A stretch of 64,000 nucleotides of DNA, from assembly GCA_965238135.1 (NCBI GenBank), contig OZ250177.1, forward strand, positions 4,192,599 to 4,256,598. The letters run 5' to 3'. The DNA comes from Candidatus Multivorans sp. GTDB lineage: Bacteria; Acidobacteriota; Thermoanaerobaculia; Multivoradales; Multivoraceae. A program made the translations under genes and the position numbers. This document shows, piece after piece, positions 1-9,064 of this stretch (the stretch's first letter is position 1; each line of letters begins with the position of its first letter). Under the pieces are notes generated by a model. It did no database searches, had not been told where the DNA came from, and worked only from the letters and a program-made list of their open reading frames with translations.

Positions 1-1
1 C

Positions 2-316
2 GTGCTGCTGCCGGGCGGGGGGCGGCGCCTCCCGGAGGAGAACGTCCGGCGCTTCCGCAACCGGCTGCGGGGTTTGCGGGACAGGTGGCGGCAGGGAACG
101 GTGGCCGAGGACGAAGTGCGACAGCGGGTGCAGTCGTGGATCGCGCACGCCGAGCACGCGGACACCTGGCGTCTGCGTCAAACGATCTTCCGCGACGGGT
201 GGTTCGACCCGTCGCGGGGGCCTGGCTCTCCCCCGACGCGTTTTGCGCGGTGGTTCCTGGAACAACAAACCGAGGAACCTCCGCTCCGCGAACCGCAACA
301 GGAACACCACCGATAA
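2..316 (+). CDS. C-terminal fragment of a reverse transcriptase, most likely DGR-type (partial, runs off window start)
   Basis: Translated tail ...VRRFRNRLRGLRDRWRQGTVAEDEVRQRVQSWIAHAEHADTWRLRQ... resembles the conserved C-terminus of diversity-generating retroelement RTs (sW-GHa-hg-TwrLR pattern). The last ~30 aa are low-complexity because the ORF overlaps the AAC-rich TR-like segment. Confidence 0.4.
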   Translation: MLLPGGGRRLPEENVRRFRNRLRGLRDRWRQGTVAEDEVRQRVQSWIAHAEHADTWRLRQTIFRDGWFDPSRGPGSPPTRFARWFLEQQTEEPPLREPQQEHHR

Positions 317-356
317 CCGCAACAACAACAACGGTTTCCGTGTAGCCCGCACGCTC
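234..356 (+). repeat. AAC-codon-rich FGE/C-type-lectin-fold segment out of frame with its surroundings; candidate DGR template repeat (TR)
   Basis: Frame 0 translates to RRVLRGGSWNNKPRNLRSANRNRNTTDNRNNNNGFRVARTL, the RVxRGGSW...GFRxAR C-terminal signature of formylglycine-generating-enzyme-fold DGR variable regions. There are 11 AAC codons in ~100 bp. No FGE-like sequence lies upstream in that frame and the homology starts abruptly. Confidence 0.4.
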
Positions 357-367
357 AGCAGCCGGAG

Positions 368-391
368 CCGGCGCCGTCACGGCGGCGCCGG
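368..391 (+). other. GC-rich hairpin (9-bp perfect stem CCGGCGCCG/CGGCGCCGG, 6-nt loop) just 3' of the TR-like segment
   Basis: Direct reading of the sequence. DGR TR/VR regions are typically followed by GC-rich stem-loops. Confidence 0.35.
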
Positions 392-614
392 GAGTGCAGT
401 GAGCGTCCAGGGAGGGTCATGATGAGAACCCGGTTGGCCGCCCCTCTTGCCCCGCTTGCGGGGGAGGGGCGGCGGCCAGGTGGCCCACGAGGCCGCTTCG
501 TTTGCTTGCATCGCCTGCCGGGCGAAGGTAGATTGCGCGTAGATACCCGCCGGCAGCGTGCTGTCGGCTCAAGGGCTGCTCTTCGGGGCAGCCCTTGCTT
601 TTCTTAGGGACCGC

Positions 615-767
615 ATGAGGACGAGCGTCTACATTGACGGCCTGAACCTGTACTACGGAGCTCTGAAGGGAACACCGTTCAAGTGGCTTGACCCCATCAA
701 GTTGAGCACCGCTGTCCTGCCGCGGCAGTGTGTCGTTCGTGACGCCGATCCGGATCGTTACTTCTGA
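615..767 (+). pseudogene. NYN-domain (LabA-like) N-terminal fragment, truncated after ~50 aa
   Basis: MRTSVYIDGLNLYYGALKGTPFKWLDPIKL matches the NYN domain N-terminal strand (VYIDGxNLYY), followed by an early stop. Confidence 0.4.
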
Positions 768-1025
768 GCGAGGCAAACCGGTGTTCATTGTCTGTCCAGG
801 GCGATGGCAGGTCGCGCCGAAGCTCCGCCAGGCGGCGAGCCACGTACGCCATGTTCGTAGGGCGATGCTCAAGGCGGCGCAGTTTCCCAGCACGCTTCCG
901 GGCACCGCAATCACCAAGCCGGCAGGTTGGTGAACAGCGGGCCGATCTGTGGTCTGGCTATAGCGTTGGACTCCGGATTCGTCGAGTACGGAATGGGCCT
1001 GAGTCAACGCCACCCACTCGTCGGC

Positions 1026-1421
1026 CTAAGACCAGATCCGTCCCTGCCAGCCCGCCATCCCTTCAAGCGCATCGAACTCGGCGTCCTTGGAGATCAGCGG
1101 GCAACGCAGTTCGATCGAGGAAGCGGCGATGAGACGGTCGAACGGATCGCGATGCACCCAGCCGAGCATGCCGGCACGAGCTGCGATGGCCCGAGTGAAG
1201 GGAGCGGATAGCGTCTCGGTCTCGGTCACCAGGGCGTCCACATGCGGCGCCATGTCCGGCCACTTGCCCAGTCGCACCTTTCTCGTCACCTCGTAGACAC
1301 TGATCGGGCTGACATAGACCACGTCGGCATCGAGCACGGCAGCCTTCGCGGTGCCGGTGAGACGCCCTGGTTCCATGAGACTCCAAATCCACGCGTGAGT
1401 GTCGAGCAGGACGGAACTCAG
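1026..1421 (-). CDS. vapC: VapC-family PIN-domain toxin (type II TA)
   Basis: PIN signatures (...SPISVYEV..., DPFDRLIAA, RCPLISKD). The listed ATG at 1376 lacks the first conserved Asp. The same frame is open upstream and encodes LSSVLLDTHAWIWSL, the canonical VapC N-terminus, so the true start is a non-ATG codon near 1421 overlapping the antitoxin stop. Confidence 0.7.
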   Translation of the reverse strand: MSSVLLDTHAWIWSLMEPGRLTGTAKAAVLDADVVYVSPISVYEVTRKVRLGKWPDMAPHVDALVTETETLSAPFTRAIAARAGMLGWVHRDPFDRLIAASSIELRCPLISKDAEFDALEGMAGWQGRIWS

Positions 1422-1648
1422 GACGTTCCCTCCCAGAGAGCCAACTCGGCGTCGTCCATCGCTTCATTGAAGTCAGGCACGGACTTGACCAGATGGGCCA
1501 GGCTGCCGAAACGGAACCTCTCCGACGTTACGGGAACCAGCCTCACCGCAGGCTTGCCCCTGCGGGCGATGATCACGTCGTCGCCCGCTTCGGCGGCGAC
1601 GATGAGCTTCGACAATTGCGACTTGGCGGCGTGCATGTTAACGAGCAT
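1418..1648 (-). CDS. Phd/YefM-family antitoxin
   Basis: MLVNMHAAKSQLSKLIVAAEAGDDVIIARRGKPAVRLVP is the classic Phd/YefM N-terminus. Its stop overlaps the toxin start. RBS AGGGGG lies upstream. Confidence 0.8.
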   Translation of the reverse strand: MLVNMHAAKSQLSKLIVAAEAGDDVIIARRGKPAVRLVPVTSERFRFGSLAHLVKSVPDFNEAMDDAELALWEGTS

Positions 1649-1660
1649 CTTTCCCCCTAT

Positions 1661-1680
1661 CTAGCTAGTCTAGCTAGATC
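1661..1680 (-). promoter_or_regulatory. Tandem palindromes CTAGCTAG-t-CTAGCTAG immediately upstream of the antitoxin RBS; putative TA operator
   Basis: Two 8-bp palindromes seen directly in the sequence at the expected autoregulatory position of a type II TA operon. Confidence 0.4.
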
Positions 1681-1814
1681 ACAATAGCAGTGGGTCTCTG
1701 AGCAGGTCAAACGCGCCGCGACGAAGCGGATACGGCGACCAGCGCGGCAGAACAACCGGATGCCGGCGGGGGCGCCGGCGCACCCAGTTTCTGCTGAGCA
1801 GGTTCTTGGCGTGG

Positions 1815-2756
1815 CTACGACCGGCTCTTCCGGAGCAGCCGGCGGACCGCCTCGTCGTCGATCTTGTCGAGGTCGTCCTGGTACTTGAGGAGCACGCCCA
1901 GGGTGTCCCGCAGGATGCCGTCGGAGAGAGTTTCCTGGTCGAGGGCGATCAGGGCGTTCGTCCAGTCCAGGGTCTCGGCGACGCCCGGTTGTTTGAACAG
2001 ATCCTCCTCGCGCAGCGCCTGCACCAGGCGGACGATCTGGGCGGCGAAGTGCTCGGGCGCTTCGGGCACGCGCCGCAGGACGATCTGCACTTCCTTCTCG
2101 TAGTCCGGGAAGTCGATCCAGTGGTAGAGGCAGCGCCGCTTCAGCGCGTCGTGCACCTCGCGGGTGCGGTTCGAGGTGACGACCGCGACCGGGGGCGTCT
2201 CGGCCGAGATCGTGCCGATCTCTGGAATCGTGATCTGGAAGTCGGCCAGGATCTCGAGCAGGTAGGCCTCGAACTCCTCGTCGGCCCGATCGAGTTCGTC
2301 GATCAGCAAAACCGGCGGGGCCTCGCCTCGGCGGCTTGAGCGGACCGCGCGCAACAGCGGCCGCTCGAGCAGGAAGTCGGAAGAGAAGACATCGTCCACC
2401 ACCGCGGGAGCGTCGGCGCCGCCGGCTGCCTCCACGCCGCGCAGGTGGAGCAACTGCCGGCGGTAGTTCCACTCGTAGACGGCAGTCGAGATATCGAGAC
2501 CCTCGTAGCACTGGAGCCGGATCAGTTCGGAGCCCAGGCAGCGCGAGAGGGCCTTGGCGACCTCCGTCTTGCCGACGCCGGGTTCGCCCTCCAGAAAGAT
2601 CGGCTTGCCCATGCGCAGCGACAGGTAGATCGCGGTCGCCAGGTCCCGCTCGGCGATGTAGTCCTCGGCGCGCAGGGCGGCGACGACGGCGTCGACATCG
2701 GGGAAGCCCCGGTCGGCGCCGGGGCTGGAGCGCTGGAAGTTGGGCGAAACCGTCAT
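1815..2756 (-). CDS. MoxR-family AAA+ ATPase (CoxD/CbbQ-like, AAA_5)
   Basis: Walker A GEPGVGKT, Walker B LLIDELDRA, ~310 aa, MoxR-like architecture. Confidence 0.8.
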   Translation of the reverse strand: MTVSPNFQRSSPGADRGFPDVDAVVAALRAEDYIAERDLATAIYLSLRMGKPIFLEGEPGVGKTEVAKALSRCLGSELIRLQCYEGLDISTAVYEWNYRRQLLHLRGVEAAGGADAPAVVDDVFSSDFLLERPLLRAVRSSRRGEAPPVLLIDELDRADEEFEAYLLEILADFQITIPEIGTISAETPPVAVVTSNRTREVHDALKRRCLYHWIDFPDYEKEVQIVLRRVPEAPEHFAAQIVRLVQALREEDLFKQPGVAETLDWTNALIALDQETLSDGILRDTLGVLLKYQDDLDKIDDEAVRRLLRKSRS

Positions 2757-2772
2757 GGTGGGTAGCCGGCCG

Positions 2773-4260
2773 TCAGAGATCGAGGATGGCGTCCACGTCG
2801 CGTGGAAGCGGACGCGGTTTCGACAGCAGTGAGATGCCGAAGAACAGGGTCAGCGACAGCAGCAGCGAGATGGCGCCGCCGTGGATGCCGTGGGGCACCT
2901 GGATCTTGAAGATCTCGATGGAGAAGTTCACGGCGAGGCTGGAGATGATCGCAACGTTCGCTGCCAGCGCCGTCGCGCGTTTCCAGTTGAAGCCGATCGC
3001 CACGGTCGGCACCAGCGCGGCGGCGAATGTCCCCCAGCCGAAGGTGCCCAGCAGCGCGACCAGGTCCTCCTTCGAGAAGCGCACGAAGAGCGCCGCGCCG
3101 ACCGCTATGCCGAGAGTCGCCGTGCGAGCCCAGAACAGCTCCTTCTTGAGCGGCTTGCCGAAGAGCGCCTTGGGAATGTCGTGGATGATCGCGGCGGCGC
3201 CGATGTTCAGGAACCCGTCCGCGGTCGACATGATGGCCGCGAAGAGCCCCGCGAAGACGACGCCGGCGAGGATGGGATGGGCGTACGCCTGCAGGAAGGC
3301 GTAGGCCGCGTCGTCGGCTTGCCCGAGCTCGGTGTGATCGCCGCCCACGACCAGCGCCCGCATCGCGAAGCCGATCGCGATCCACAGCATGGCAGCGAGG
3401 ACGCCGGCGATCATGCTGACCCAGATGATCTGTTTGAAGTCGCGGATGCGCTTGTTCATCATCAGCTTGGTGATGACGTGCGGCTGCCCGCACGCGCCCA
3501 CGACGAAGAGGAGGTAGTAGGACAGCGCCCCCATGATGCCCAGGGTGCCCCACGGTCCGATCGCCTCCGGATCGTCGTTCATCATCGTCGTCACACCGCC
3601 GGCGACGCCGCCGTCGACCGCCTGGATCGCCGCGATCAGCACCAGCACCCCGGCAGCCGCCATCACGGCGCCCTGGACGACATCGGTATAGACGCCCGCG
3701 ATGATGCCGCCGGTCACGCAGTAGAAGACGAGGACGGCGACAGAGATTGCCATCGCGCCGCCGAGGCTGACTTCAGGGATGCCGTCGACGTTGTTCAGGA
3801 TCTCCTGGAGCACGACCGCCATCGCCATGATCTGCGCCGCCAGATAGCCCACGACGCCGAGAATGATCGCCACGGCGGTCAGGAACCGGGTGAGTTCGCT
3901 CTGGTAGCGCAGCGCCACCGTGTCCGGGAGCGACACCGTCTGGTACACCTCCGAGAAGATGCGCAGTCGCTTCGCCACCAGGAAGAAGGTGAAACAGATC
4001 GCCACCGTGCCGCAGACGATCATCCACACCGAGGTCATCCCCTGGGAGTAGACGAGACCGGGGCCGCCGACGAAGCCGAAACCGGAGAGCGTGCTCGAGA
4101 AGAGCGCGAACGCCGTGACCATGATGCCGAGTTCGCGGCCGGCCATGAAGAAGTCCTGGGAGGACTTCGTGCGCCGCATCGCCCAGAGGCCGACGCCGAT
4201 GCACAGCGCGAAGTAGATGACGAGGCAGGTCAGGACGACCGCGTTGCGGCTGTCCTCCAT
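2773..4260 (-). CDS. Sodium:solute symporter family (SSF) transporter
   Basis: 495 aa polytopic membrane protein. N-terminal DFFMAGRELG...SSTLSGFGFVGGPG is typical of SSF (PutP/ActP-like). Confidence 0.8.
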   Translation of the reverse strand: MEDSRNAVVLTCLVIYFALCIGVGLWAMRRTKSSQDFFMAGRELGIMVTAFALFSSTLSGFGFVGGPGLVYSQGMTSVWMIVCGTVAICFTFFLVAKRLRIFSEVYQTVSLPDTVALRYQSELTRFLTAVAIILGVVGYLAAQIMAMAVVLQEILNNVDGIPEVSLGGAMAISVAVLVFYCVTGGIIAGVYTDVVQGAVMAAAGVLVLIAAIQAVDGGVAGGVTTMMNDDPEAIGPWGTLGIMGALSYYLLFVVGACGQPHVITKLMMNKRIRDFKQIIWVSMIAGVLAAMLWIAIGFAMRALVVGGDHTELGQADDAAYAFLQAYAHPILAGVVFAGLFAAIMSTADGFLNIGAAAIIHDIPKALFGKPLKKELFWARTATLGIAVGAALFVRFSKEDLVALLGTFGWGTFAAALVPTVAIGFNWKRATALAANVAIISSLAVNFSIEIFKIQVPHGIHGGAISLLLSLTLFFGISLLSKPRPLPRDVDAILDL

Positions 4261-4892
4261 CAGTCGGCCCCCAACCGCGGCGGGTTACTGGCACTGTCCG
4301 CCGCCGCGGTCTCCTGCTCTCGCTGACGTTGGGCCGCGGCGAGTTCGGCCACGCGCCGTTCGTCCTCTTCGGTGAAGAACCAGCGGTCGAACAGCCGGTA
4401 GTAGGCGACGATGAAGAACGCCGGGAAGGGCCACACCGCGAAGAACACCCATGCCGAGGGCTTGGGGAAGCCCAGGAACAGCGTGTGGGTATCCTCGGCG
4501 GCGTAGCGCTGGTACGAGAAGACGAGGGCGGTGAAGATCGCCGCCAGGACCAGCGTGCCGAAGATCAGCGGCCGCTTTGCCGGCCCCAGGGACGCGCCGC
4601 CCGCTCGGCGCCGCTCCATTCCCATCGCCAGGCAGCCGCCGAAGAAGAGCACCTGGAAGAGCACGAAGGCCCAGCCGATCCAGAGGGTCGTGGCGTGACG
4701 CTCGGCGCCTGATCCGCCCTGGCGCATGGTCGGGAAGCGATCGTGCTCGAAGCCGCGGCTCTTGATCACGCGCTCCGTCGTGCCGTCATCCAGGACTACG
4801 TCCTCGTAGGGCGTCTGCGGGGCGATGAACGCCGCGCCGACGGCGAGGCACATGCCGATCAGGGTGAGAAAGACGAACCAGTGCAGCTTCAT
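4260..4892 (-). CDS. Hypothetical membrane protein co-transcribed with the symporter (stop/start overlap TGATG)
   Basis: Several hydrophobic helices (MKLHWFVFLTLIGMCLAVGAAFI...) and translational coupling to the SSF gene. No recognisable family. Confidence 0.45.
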   Translation of the reverse strand: MKLHWFVFLTLIGMCLAVGAAFIAPQTPYEDVVLDDGTTERVIKSRGFEHDRFPTMRQGGSGAERHATTLWIGWAFVLFQVLFFGGCLAMGMERRRAGGASLGPAKRPLIFGTLVLAAIFTALVFSYQRYAAEDTHTLFLGFPKPSAWVFFAVWPFPAFFIVAYYRLFDRWFFTEEDERRVAELAAAQRQREQETAAADSASNPPRLGAD

Positions 4893-5044
4893 GGAGTGCG
4901 CGCTACGGCCATGGATGACGAAACGACTTTGGAACCTGAATGGCAAAGCGACCATGCCCGCTTGCGGCGGGGAAGGCTGCGGCAGCCTACCCCAGCAACT
5001 GCTGGCGGCTGCCCACGGCCGTCGCGTTGCTATGGTCCCTCGCC

Positions 5045-6889
5045 ATGGACGGTGAGCCGGGAGGAAGCGAGAAGCCGCTCAGCCGCCTGTTCGGGTACAT
5101 GCGCATGGCGCCCGGCGCCTACGTCCGGGGCGGGATTCTCACGCTCCTCTACGTCGCCTTCTTCCAGCTCATCCCGCTGGCGGGCCGGAACATCGTCGCC
5201 GCGCTCGAGGGCCCCTCGGAGCGGTTTCAGCGCGAGGTGCTCTTCCTCGTTCTGGCCGCGGTCGGCCTGGCCCTGGCGCGGCTGTTCTCCCGCATCGTCA
5301 TGTTCAACATCGGCCGGCAGATCGAGTACCGCATCCGGAACGACTACTTCGCCCACCTGCAGAGCCTGCCGCAGTCGTTCTACCTGGCGCATCGCACCGG
5401 CGATCTGATGTCGCGGGCCGTGAACGACATCAACAGCATCCGGATGTTCCTGGGGATGGGTTTCCTGAACCTGCTGCAGACGCCGGTGCTGTTCCTGGGC
5501 GCCTTGGTGGTCATGCTCCGCGTGGACGCCACGTTGACCCTCTGGTCCATGGCTTCGTTCCCGCTGTTCGTGCTCGTGACGCGCCACTACAGCCGGTTCA
5601 TGTTCCAGGCCAACCTGGCCGGCCAGGAGCAGCTCGGCAAGGTCTCGACCGTTGTGCAGGAAAACGCCTCGGGCGCCCTGGTGGTCAAGGCCTACGACTT
5701 GGCGGACCTGGAGCGCCTCCGCTTCGACGACCAGAACCAGGAGTTGTTTCGGCGCATGATGAAGGTCGGCGTCATGCAGACGACGATGTTCGCTTCCGTC
5801 GGTCTGGTGCCGTCCATCTCGGCTGCCCTGGTGCTGTGGCTGGGAGGTCAGAGGGTGCAGGCGGGGCAGCTCGGCATCGAGGATCTGTGGCTGTTCTGGG
5901 GTTACATCGCGATGCTGACGTTCCCGACCATGATGCTGGGGTTCGTCGTCTCGATCACCCAGCGCGGGCTCGCGGCGCTCGAACGGTTGGGCTCGGTGCT
6001 GGACATCGTGCCCACGATCCGGGACCGGGAGGATGTAGCCGATGTCTCGGAGGTGGCGGGCCGGGTCGAGTTCCGCAACCTGACATTCACGTATCCGGGC
6101 AGCTATGTGCCGGCGCTCAGGGGGATCGACCTCACGGTAGAGGCCGGCAGCACGGTCGGAATCGTCGGGCCGGTGGGGTCGGGCAAGACGACCCTGGTCA
6201 GCCTGGTTCCGAGGCTGCTGGAGATCGACGACGCCGCGATTCTGATCGACGGTGTGGATCTCAACCGGTTGCCGGTTCAGGTTCTGCGTTCGAGCATCGC
6301 CATGGTGCCGCAGGACAGCTTCCTGTTCTCCATCTCGGTGGAGGAGAACATCCGCTTCGGCGTCCCCGACGTCGATCCCGGCGAGGTTCGGCGGGCGGCT
6401 GCCCGGGCCCAGGTTGAGCGCGAGATCGAAGAGTTCGAGGACGGCTTCGGCACCGTCGTCGGCGAACGCGGCGTCACCCTCTCCGGCGGCCAGCGCCAGC
6501 GGGTCGCCCTGGCGCGGGCGATGATCCTCCGCCCCTCGATTCTCATCCTCGACGATTCGCTGTCGAGCGTCGACCACGGCACCGAGGAGGCGATCCTGGG
6601 CGATATCGAGGGGCGGCGGAAGGGCCGCACCTGCTTCATCGTCGCCCACCGCATCTCGGCGGTGCGTAACGCCGATCAGATCGTCGTGCTCGAGGACGGC
6701 CGCATCACCGAGCGCGGAACGCACCGGGAACTGGTGGCATCAGGCGGCTTCTACGCCCGCCTGCACCGCCGCCAGGAACTGCTGTCGGAGCTTGAGCTAG
6801 GGGATGGCGGCGACGTCATTCCCGACCCGGCCCACGCGCGGGACACGGCCAGTGCGTTGCCCGCGGCGCCGGCGGGAGAGTCGCCGTGA
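5045..6889 (+). CDS. ABC exporter, fused permease/ATPase subunit A (heterodimeric MsbA/Rv1272c-like)
   Basis: 6-TM domain followed by Walker A GPVGSGKT and ABC signature LSGGQRQRVALARA. Start assigned to MDGEP to avoid overlap with the divergent gene. Confidence 0.85.
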   Translation: MDGEPGGSEKPLSRLFGYMRMAPGAYVRGGILTLLYVAFFQLIPLAGRNIVAALEGPSERFQREVLFLVLAAVGLALARLFSRIVMFNIGRQIEYRIRNDYFAHLQSLPQSFYLAHRTGDLMSRAVNDINSIRMFLGMGFLNLLQTPVLFLGALVVMLRVDATLTLWSMASFPLFVLVTRHYSRFMFQANLAGQEQLGKVSTVVQENASGALVVKAYDLADLERLRFDDQNQELFRRMMKVGVMQTTMFASVGLVPSISAALVLWLGGQRVQAGQLGIEDLWLFWGYIAMLTFPTMMLGFVVSITQRGLAALERLGSVLDIVPTIRDREDVADVSEVAGRVEFRNLTFTYPGSYVPALRGIDLTVEAGSTVGIVGPVGSGKTTLVSLVPRLLEIDDAAILIDGVDLNRLPVQVLRSSIAMVPQDSFLFSISVEENIRFGVPDVDPGEVRRAAARAQVEREIEEFEDGFGTVVGERGVTLSGGQRQRVALARAMILRPSILILDDSLSSVDHGTEEAILGDIEGRRKGRTCFIVAHRISAVRNADQIVVLEDGRITERGTHRELVASGGFYARLHRRQELLSELELGDGGDVIPDPAHARDTASALPAAPAGESP

Positions 6890-8745
6890 GCGAGGAACGG
6901 AGAGAAGCTGCCGAGCCGGGCCGCGAGCGCGACCTCGGCAAGGTCTACGACAGCGAGCTGCTCAAGCGGCTCTGGCCCTTCATGCGGCCCTACCGGGGTT
7001 GGATCGGCTTCAACTTCGCCCTCGTTCCGGTGCGCGCCGTCCTGGAACTGATGCCGGCGCTGGTGATGGGCGCGGCGCTCAACTACCTGACCGAAGGTGT
7101 CGCGACGTCGGAGGTGGGGTGGATGGCCCCCTTCGTAGCGCCCCGGCTGGGCTTGGCCCCGCTGGCCTGGATGTTCATCCTGGTGCTCGTCGTCTCGATG
7201 CTCACGCTCAGCATGGAGTGGCTGCGCGCTTTCACGATGATCTCGCTCGGCCAGCGCACCATCCGCGATGTCCGGAGGGCGCTGTTCGATCATGTTCAGC
7301 GCCTGCCGATGCGCTTCTTCGACCGCTACCCGGTGGGCCGCCTGGTGACGCGGCTAACGAACGATCTGGAGAACCTGGCGGAGATGTTCTCGGCGGGTGT
7401 GATCGCGATGGTCGCCGACGTCTTCGTGATGATCGTCATCCTCAGCATGCTGTTCTCGCTCAATCCGCGTCTGGCCCTGGCGGCCCTCGCCCTGGTGCCG
7501 TTCCTGGCGGTTGCGGCGGCGATCTTCCGCTACAAGGTGCGCGAAGCGTTCCGCGAGGTCCGGGTCAAGATCGCCCGCCTCAACGCCCACCTGCAGGAAA
7601 CGATCACCGGCATGAAGGTGGTCCAGTTGTTCGCGCGGGAACGGCGTAACCAGAGGGACTTCGAGCGCGAGAACGCCTCCCACCGCGATTCGTGGCTGCG
7701 CTCGATCCAGTACGACGCGCTTCTGTTCTCGTCCGTCGACCTGGCGACGAACCTGACCCGGGCGCTGATCTTCTGGTACGGCGCCAAGCTGATGGGGGCC
7801 GGCGAGATCACGCTGGGCACGATGTACATCTTCTCCGACTACATGGGCCGCTTCTTCCGGCCGCTGATGGACCTGTCGGCGAAGTACTCGGTGATGCAGT
7901 CGTCGATGGCGAGCGCCGAGCGCGTCTTCCAACTCCTCGACGAGCCGCGGGAACCGGCGGGCCGGATCGAATCACGGGACTTGGCCGGCGTAGGGGCGGA
8001 ACCCGGTGGCTGCGAGGTCGAGTTCGACGGCGTGACCTTCTCCTACGGTGCGGAGACCGTCCTGCGCGATGTCTCGTTCCGGGTCGCCGCCGGCGAGCGA
8101 GTGGCGATCGTCGGCCACACCGGCTCCGGCAAGACGACCACTCTCAAGCTGCTGGCGCGCCTCTACGAACTCCAGGAGGGTTCGATCCGCGTCGATGGCC
8201 GGGACATCCGGGAGATCCCGAAACCCGAACTGCGCCGCCGGTTGGCCTTCGTGCTCCAGGACGTGTTCCTGTTCGACGGCGACATGCGCTACAACGTCGT
8301 GCTCGGCCGGGACGTGGCCGACGAAGTGGTCGACGAGGCCGCGCGCGCCGCCCACGTCGACGCCCTGGTCGAGCAGTTGCCCAATGGCTGGCAGCACAAG
8401 GTCAGCGAGCGCGGCGTGAACTTCTCGACCGGCCAGCGACAGTTGCTCTCCTTCGCCCGCGCCTTGGCCCGCGAACCGCAGCTCCTGCTCCTCGACGAGG
8501 CCACCTCCAGCGTCGACACCGAGACCGAGGCCCTGATCCAGGACGCCCTCCACCACCTGATGGAAGGCAAGACCTCGATCGTCGTCGCCCACCGCCTGTC
8601 GACGATCAAGGACGTGGACCGTATCTACGTCTTCCACCACGGCGCCATCTGCGAACACGGCACCCACGACGAACTCCTCGCCCGTCGCGGCGTCTACTGG
8701 CGCCTATACCAGTTGCAGTACGCGCAGCAGGCGGCGGCGGCGTAG
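6886..8745 (+). CDS. ABC exporter, fused permease/ATPase subunit B
   Basis: GTGA start/stop overlap with the upstream subunit. Walker A GHTGSGKT, signature FSTGQRQLLSFARA, Walker B LLLDEATS. Confidence 0.85.
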   Translation: MSEERREAAEPGRERDLGKVYDSELLKRLWPFMRPYRGWIGFNFALVPVRAVLELMPALVMGAALNYLTEGVATSEVGWMAPFVAPRLGLAPLAWMFILVLVVSMLTLSMEWLRAFTMISLGQRTIRDVRRALFDHVQRLPMRFFDRYPVGRLVTRLTNDLENLAEMFSAGVIAMVADVFVMIVILSMLFSLNPRLALAALALVPFLAVAAAIFRYKVREAFREVRVKIARLNAHLQETITGMKVVQLFARERRNQRDFERENASHRDSWLRSIQYDALLFSSVDLATNLTRALIFWYGAKLMGAGEITLGTMYIFSDYMGRFFRPLMDLSAKYSVMQSSMASAERVFQLLDEPREPAGRIESRDLAGVGAEPGGCEVEFDGVTFSYGAETVLRDVSFRVAAGERVAIVGHTGSGKTTTLKLLARLYELQEGSIRVDGRDIREIPKPELRRRLAFVLQDVFLFDGDMRYNVVLGRDVADEVVDEAARAAHVDALVEQLPNGWQHKVSERGVNFSTGQRQLLSFARALAREPQLLLLDEATSSVDTETEALIQDALHHLMEGKTSIVVAHRLSTIKDVDRIYVFHHGAICEHGTHDELLARRGVYWRLYQLQYAQQAAAA

Positions 8746-8749
8746 GGGG

Positions 8750-8777
8750 CCTGGGAACGCGGTCGTCTCGCCCGCAT
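8750..8777 (+). repeat. 28-bp direct repeat copy 1 (CCTGGGAACGCGGNCGTCTCGCCCGCAT)
   Basis: Identical except one base to the copy at 9037-9064. Sits directly after the ABC gene stop. Confidence 0.6.
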
Positions 8778-8818
8778 CCGGCGCGAAGCGCCGGTTCCGG
8801 TTCGGGTTAGCGGCTCCC

Positions 8819-9030
8819 CTACCGCGGCCGAGACTGATGCTGCGGCGCCTCCACCTCCGTCTGCAGCCCCAGGTCTCCCTGGTCCTCCATCCACGCCCGC
8901 AACGGGCCCAGCATCCCCTCAATCCGCTCCCCGTGCTCCGGCGTGTCCGCCAGATTCACCAGCTCATACGGATCCGCGTCCAGATCGAAGAACTCGAACT
9001 CCGGCCGGTGCTGGTAGCGCTCGAAGAGCT
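8819..9030 (-). pseudogene. Sulfatase C-terminal fragment (~70 aa)
   Basis: RELFERYQHRPEFEFFDLDADPYELVNLADTPEHGERIEGMLGPLRAWMEDQ matches the conserved C-terminal tail of arylsulfatases (LYDL-DP-E--NLA). There is no N-terminal catalytic domain. Confidence 0.5.
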
Positions 9031-9036
9031 CCCGGG

Positions 9037-9064
9037 CCTGGGAACGCGGGCGTCTCGCCCGCAT
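9037..9064 (+). repeat. 28-bp direct repeat copy 2
   Basis: See copy 1. The two copies bracket a 260-bp sulfatase gene remnant. Confidence 0.6.

Noticed and set aside
2-316. Interpretation as a group II intron maturase, or as a bona fide FGE sulfatase-modifying enzyme gene
   Set aside because: No intron domain V/VI structure is evident. The FGE-like homology is only ~40 codons long, out of frame with the upstream ORF, and extraordinarily AAC-rich, which fits a DGR template repeat better.
417-1013. 198-aa minus-strand ORF and the several overlapping ORFs at 85-1132
   Set aside because: No family resemblance. They overlap the FGE-type segment, the NYN fragment and each other, and are typical spurious ORFs of GC-rich DNA.
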